From Leptolyngbyaceae cyanobacterium (lineage in GTDB: Bacteria > Cyanobacteriota > Cyanobacteriia > Phormidesmidales > Phormidesmidaceae), in assembly GCA_050331235.1 (NCBI GenBank), contig JBHJHA010000025.1, positions 1 to 17,792 on the forward strand: a stretch of 17,792 nucleotides of DNA. Reading direction: 5' to 3'. Positions 16,356 through 17,792 of the stretch are shown here, piece after piece. Within the stretch, counting starts at the first letter, position 1; every line of letters starts with the position of its first letter. The notes beneath the pieces were generated by a model. It made no database searches. It had not been told where the DNA came from and saw only the letters and a list, made by a program, of their open reading frames with translations. The position numbers and the translations under genes were made by a program.

Positions 16356-17453
16356 ATGACAAAACTTCTCGTGATCGAAGATGAAATCGGCATTCGAGAA
16401 AGCATTGTCGACATTTTGCAAGCCGAAGATTACATCGTAGAAAGTGCAGGAAACGGCCAAAAAGGGCTACAAATCATTGAAGAGTTTCGCCCTGACCTAG
16501 TAATTTGCGATGTGATGATGCCCGTCTTAGATGGGCACAGTGTTTTGGCTCGGGTGCGCCAAAATCCTGCAACCCAAACCTTGCCCTTTATCTTTTTGAC
16601 TGCCAAGGCTGAAAAGGTAGACGTGCGAGAGGGCATGATGCTTGGGGCCAATGACTATCTTACTAAACCCTTTACCCATGATGAGCTACTACACACCATT
16701 CAAACTCGCTTAGGTCTACATGCCGCGTCAGCAGCAGAGACCCAGAAGCAGCTGGATATTCTCCGGACCAGCATCAACACTTCATTGCCTAGAGAAATGG
16801 GCATTCATTTAGATGAGATTTTGGCGCTATCCCACTCGTTGACAACCCGAGCTGATACATTGGCACCCGATGGCGTTGTGGGTTTAGCCAAAGCCATCAA
16901 CCGCAATGCTCAGCAGGTTGTTCAGCTAATCGAAAAACTGCTCCAGTTTTCCAGACTCAAGTCCTTATCTCTCAATGATGAGGCTGCTGTAGCCATGCGG
17001 CGCCAAACTGCATCCCATGCTGGGAAAATTGTGGCTGAGGTGGCGCAGCGGGTAGCCCAGGATTATCTCCGTGAAGACGATTTGGAAGTAGAAACTGAGC
17101 CGGTAACGGTTCAAATGTCAGCCACTAACTTTCAGCAGATTTGCCAGGAGCTGATCGCTAATGCATTCAAATTCTCAGAAGTGGGTAGCGCAGTCAAAGT
17201 CGTTTGTTCTTCCCAAGACCACTCGCTAGTGTTTTATGTGATTGATCATGGTAAAGGGATGACCTCTACTGAAATCGAAAATGCCGGAGCATACTTGCAG
17301 TTTGCTGAAGACTCAGCTCAACAAGAGGGCATTGGATTAGGCCTAGCGATCGCCCAAAAGCTTGTAGAGATCCATCAGGGCAGCTTCTTGATCGAAAGTA
17401 TTCCTCAAAAGCAAACCATTGTTCGCATTACCCTACCCTCGCCCTCAAGATAA
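16356..17453 (+). CDS. Response regulator REC fused to a degenerate HisKA and a HATPase domain (probable pseudokinase)
   Basis: Intact REC: LLVIEDE, VICDVMMP, FLTAK, YLTKPF. The H-box position reads SLPREMGIHL instead of SLPHELRTPL. HATPase motifs ELIANAFKFS, DHGKGM, GIGLGL. Starts 9 bp after the kinase stop. Confidence 0.88.
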   Translation: MTKLLVIEDEIGIRESIVDILQAEDYIVESAGNGQKGLQIIEEFRPDLVICDVMMPVLDGHSVLARVRQNPATQTLPFIFLTAKAEKVDVREGMMLGANDYLTKPFTHDELLHTIQTRLGLHAASAAETQKQLDILRTSINTSLPREMGIHLDEILALSHSLTTRADTLAPDGVVGLAKAINRNAQQVVQLIEKLLQFSRLKSLSLNDEAAVAMRRQTASHAGKIVAEVAQRVAQDYLREDDLEVETEPVTVQMSATNFQQICQELIANAFKFSEVGSAVKVVCSSQDHSLVFYVIDHGKGMTSTEIENAGAYLQFAEDSAQQEGIGLGLAIAQKLVEIHQGSFLIESIPQKQTIVRITLPSPSR

Positions 17454-17657
17454 GCGTTCCTCTAAGGCGCAAAGAGGATAAATGCAGCTGGTTTATGTTG
17501 CTTTACCGCCAGCAATATCAATTCTCTGAAACCGGACGGCACATCTATCCAGCAGCCATCGGGATTCGCTAAGTTACATTGTTAATTTAGGAACAGCTAA
17601 AAATCTCTTTTACCAAAGGGGCGGGAACCGCAGGGTTGATTCATTGTAAGGAACGGA

Positions 17658-17733
17658 AAATTGGCTCTACCTGATTGGCAAGCTCTCGTAGAGCGGAAGT
17701 GAGCGAATTGAATCCATTCAATCGAAGCAAGTT
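17658..17733 (+). ncRNA. Degenerate glnA-motif (glutamine riboswitch class I)-like structured element
   Basis: Order TTGG-[CTCTAC...GTAGAG]-CGGAAGT-[ATTGAA-TCCA-TTCAAT]-C-GAAG-CAA parallels the recalled glnA skeleton CGUUG-R-P2-YGGAAGUA-P3-GAAG-CAACG, but the conserved CG/CG P1 ends are changed. Confidence 0.35.
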
Positions 17734-17792
17734 AATCGTAATGGACCGAAACAGCGACGCATTGAGCAAAGCATTCGAGTCTCGACCATAGG

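Larger units (their letters stand above)
203..17353. repeat. HIP1 palindrome GCGATCGC, dispersed (22 copies by hand count)
   Basis: Starts at 203, 1237, 1351, 2504, 3392, 6039, 6582, 7579, 8569, 9483, 9907, 9972, 10581, 11271, 12396, 12902, 12911, 13078, 13501, 13855, 15515, 17346. Fewer than one copy is expected by chance; HIP1 over-representation is a known cyanobacterial signature. Confidence 0.9.

Noticed and set aside
17458..17478. Hairpin TCCTCT/AGAGGA after the last gene as a terminator
   Set aside because: 6-bp stem, 9-nt loop and no U-tract; too weak to call.
1..17792. CRISPR array, tRNA/rRNA, defence or biosynthetic genes
   Set aside because: No regularly spaced repeats or such genes seen; coding space is accounted for by signalling proteins.

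Overview
Cyanobacterial-type DNA (22 HIP1 GCGATCGC octamers by hand count) almost wholly occupied by one signal-transduction island of six genes in two divergent operons. The minus-strand operon encodes four proteins: a 2498-aa cytoplasmic hybrid histidine kinase (pseudo-REC, 3 GAF, 8 PAS, HisKA-HATPase, REC, REC, HPt); an orphan PhnD/TtrS-like substrate-binding lipoprotein; a 1027-aa membrane hybrid kinase whose transmitter half is a paralogue of the first kinase; and a REC-GGDEF-EAL protein. The plus-strand operon encodes a REC-PAS-PAS-HisKA-HATPase kinase and a REC-HisKA-HATPase protein lacking the phospho-His. The two HPt kinases are paralogous, and so are two of the downstream receiver domains, suggesting a branched two-input/two-output phosphorelay tied to c-di-GMP. 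Two items are not in the ORF track: the left end and first 23 codons of a probable IS982-family element (1-140), and a degenerate glnA (glutamine riboswitch)-like RNA skeleton near 17658-17733. All domain calls come from motif recognition by eye; no searches were run.
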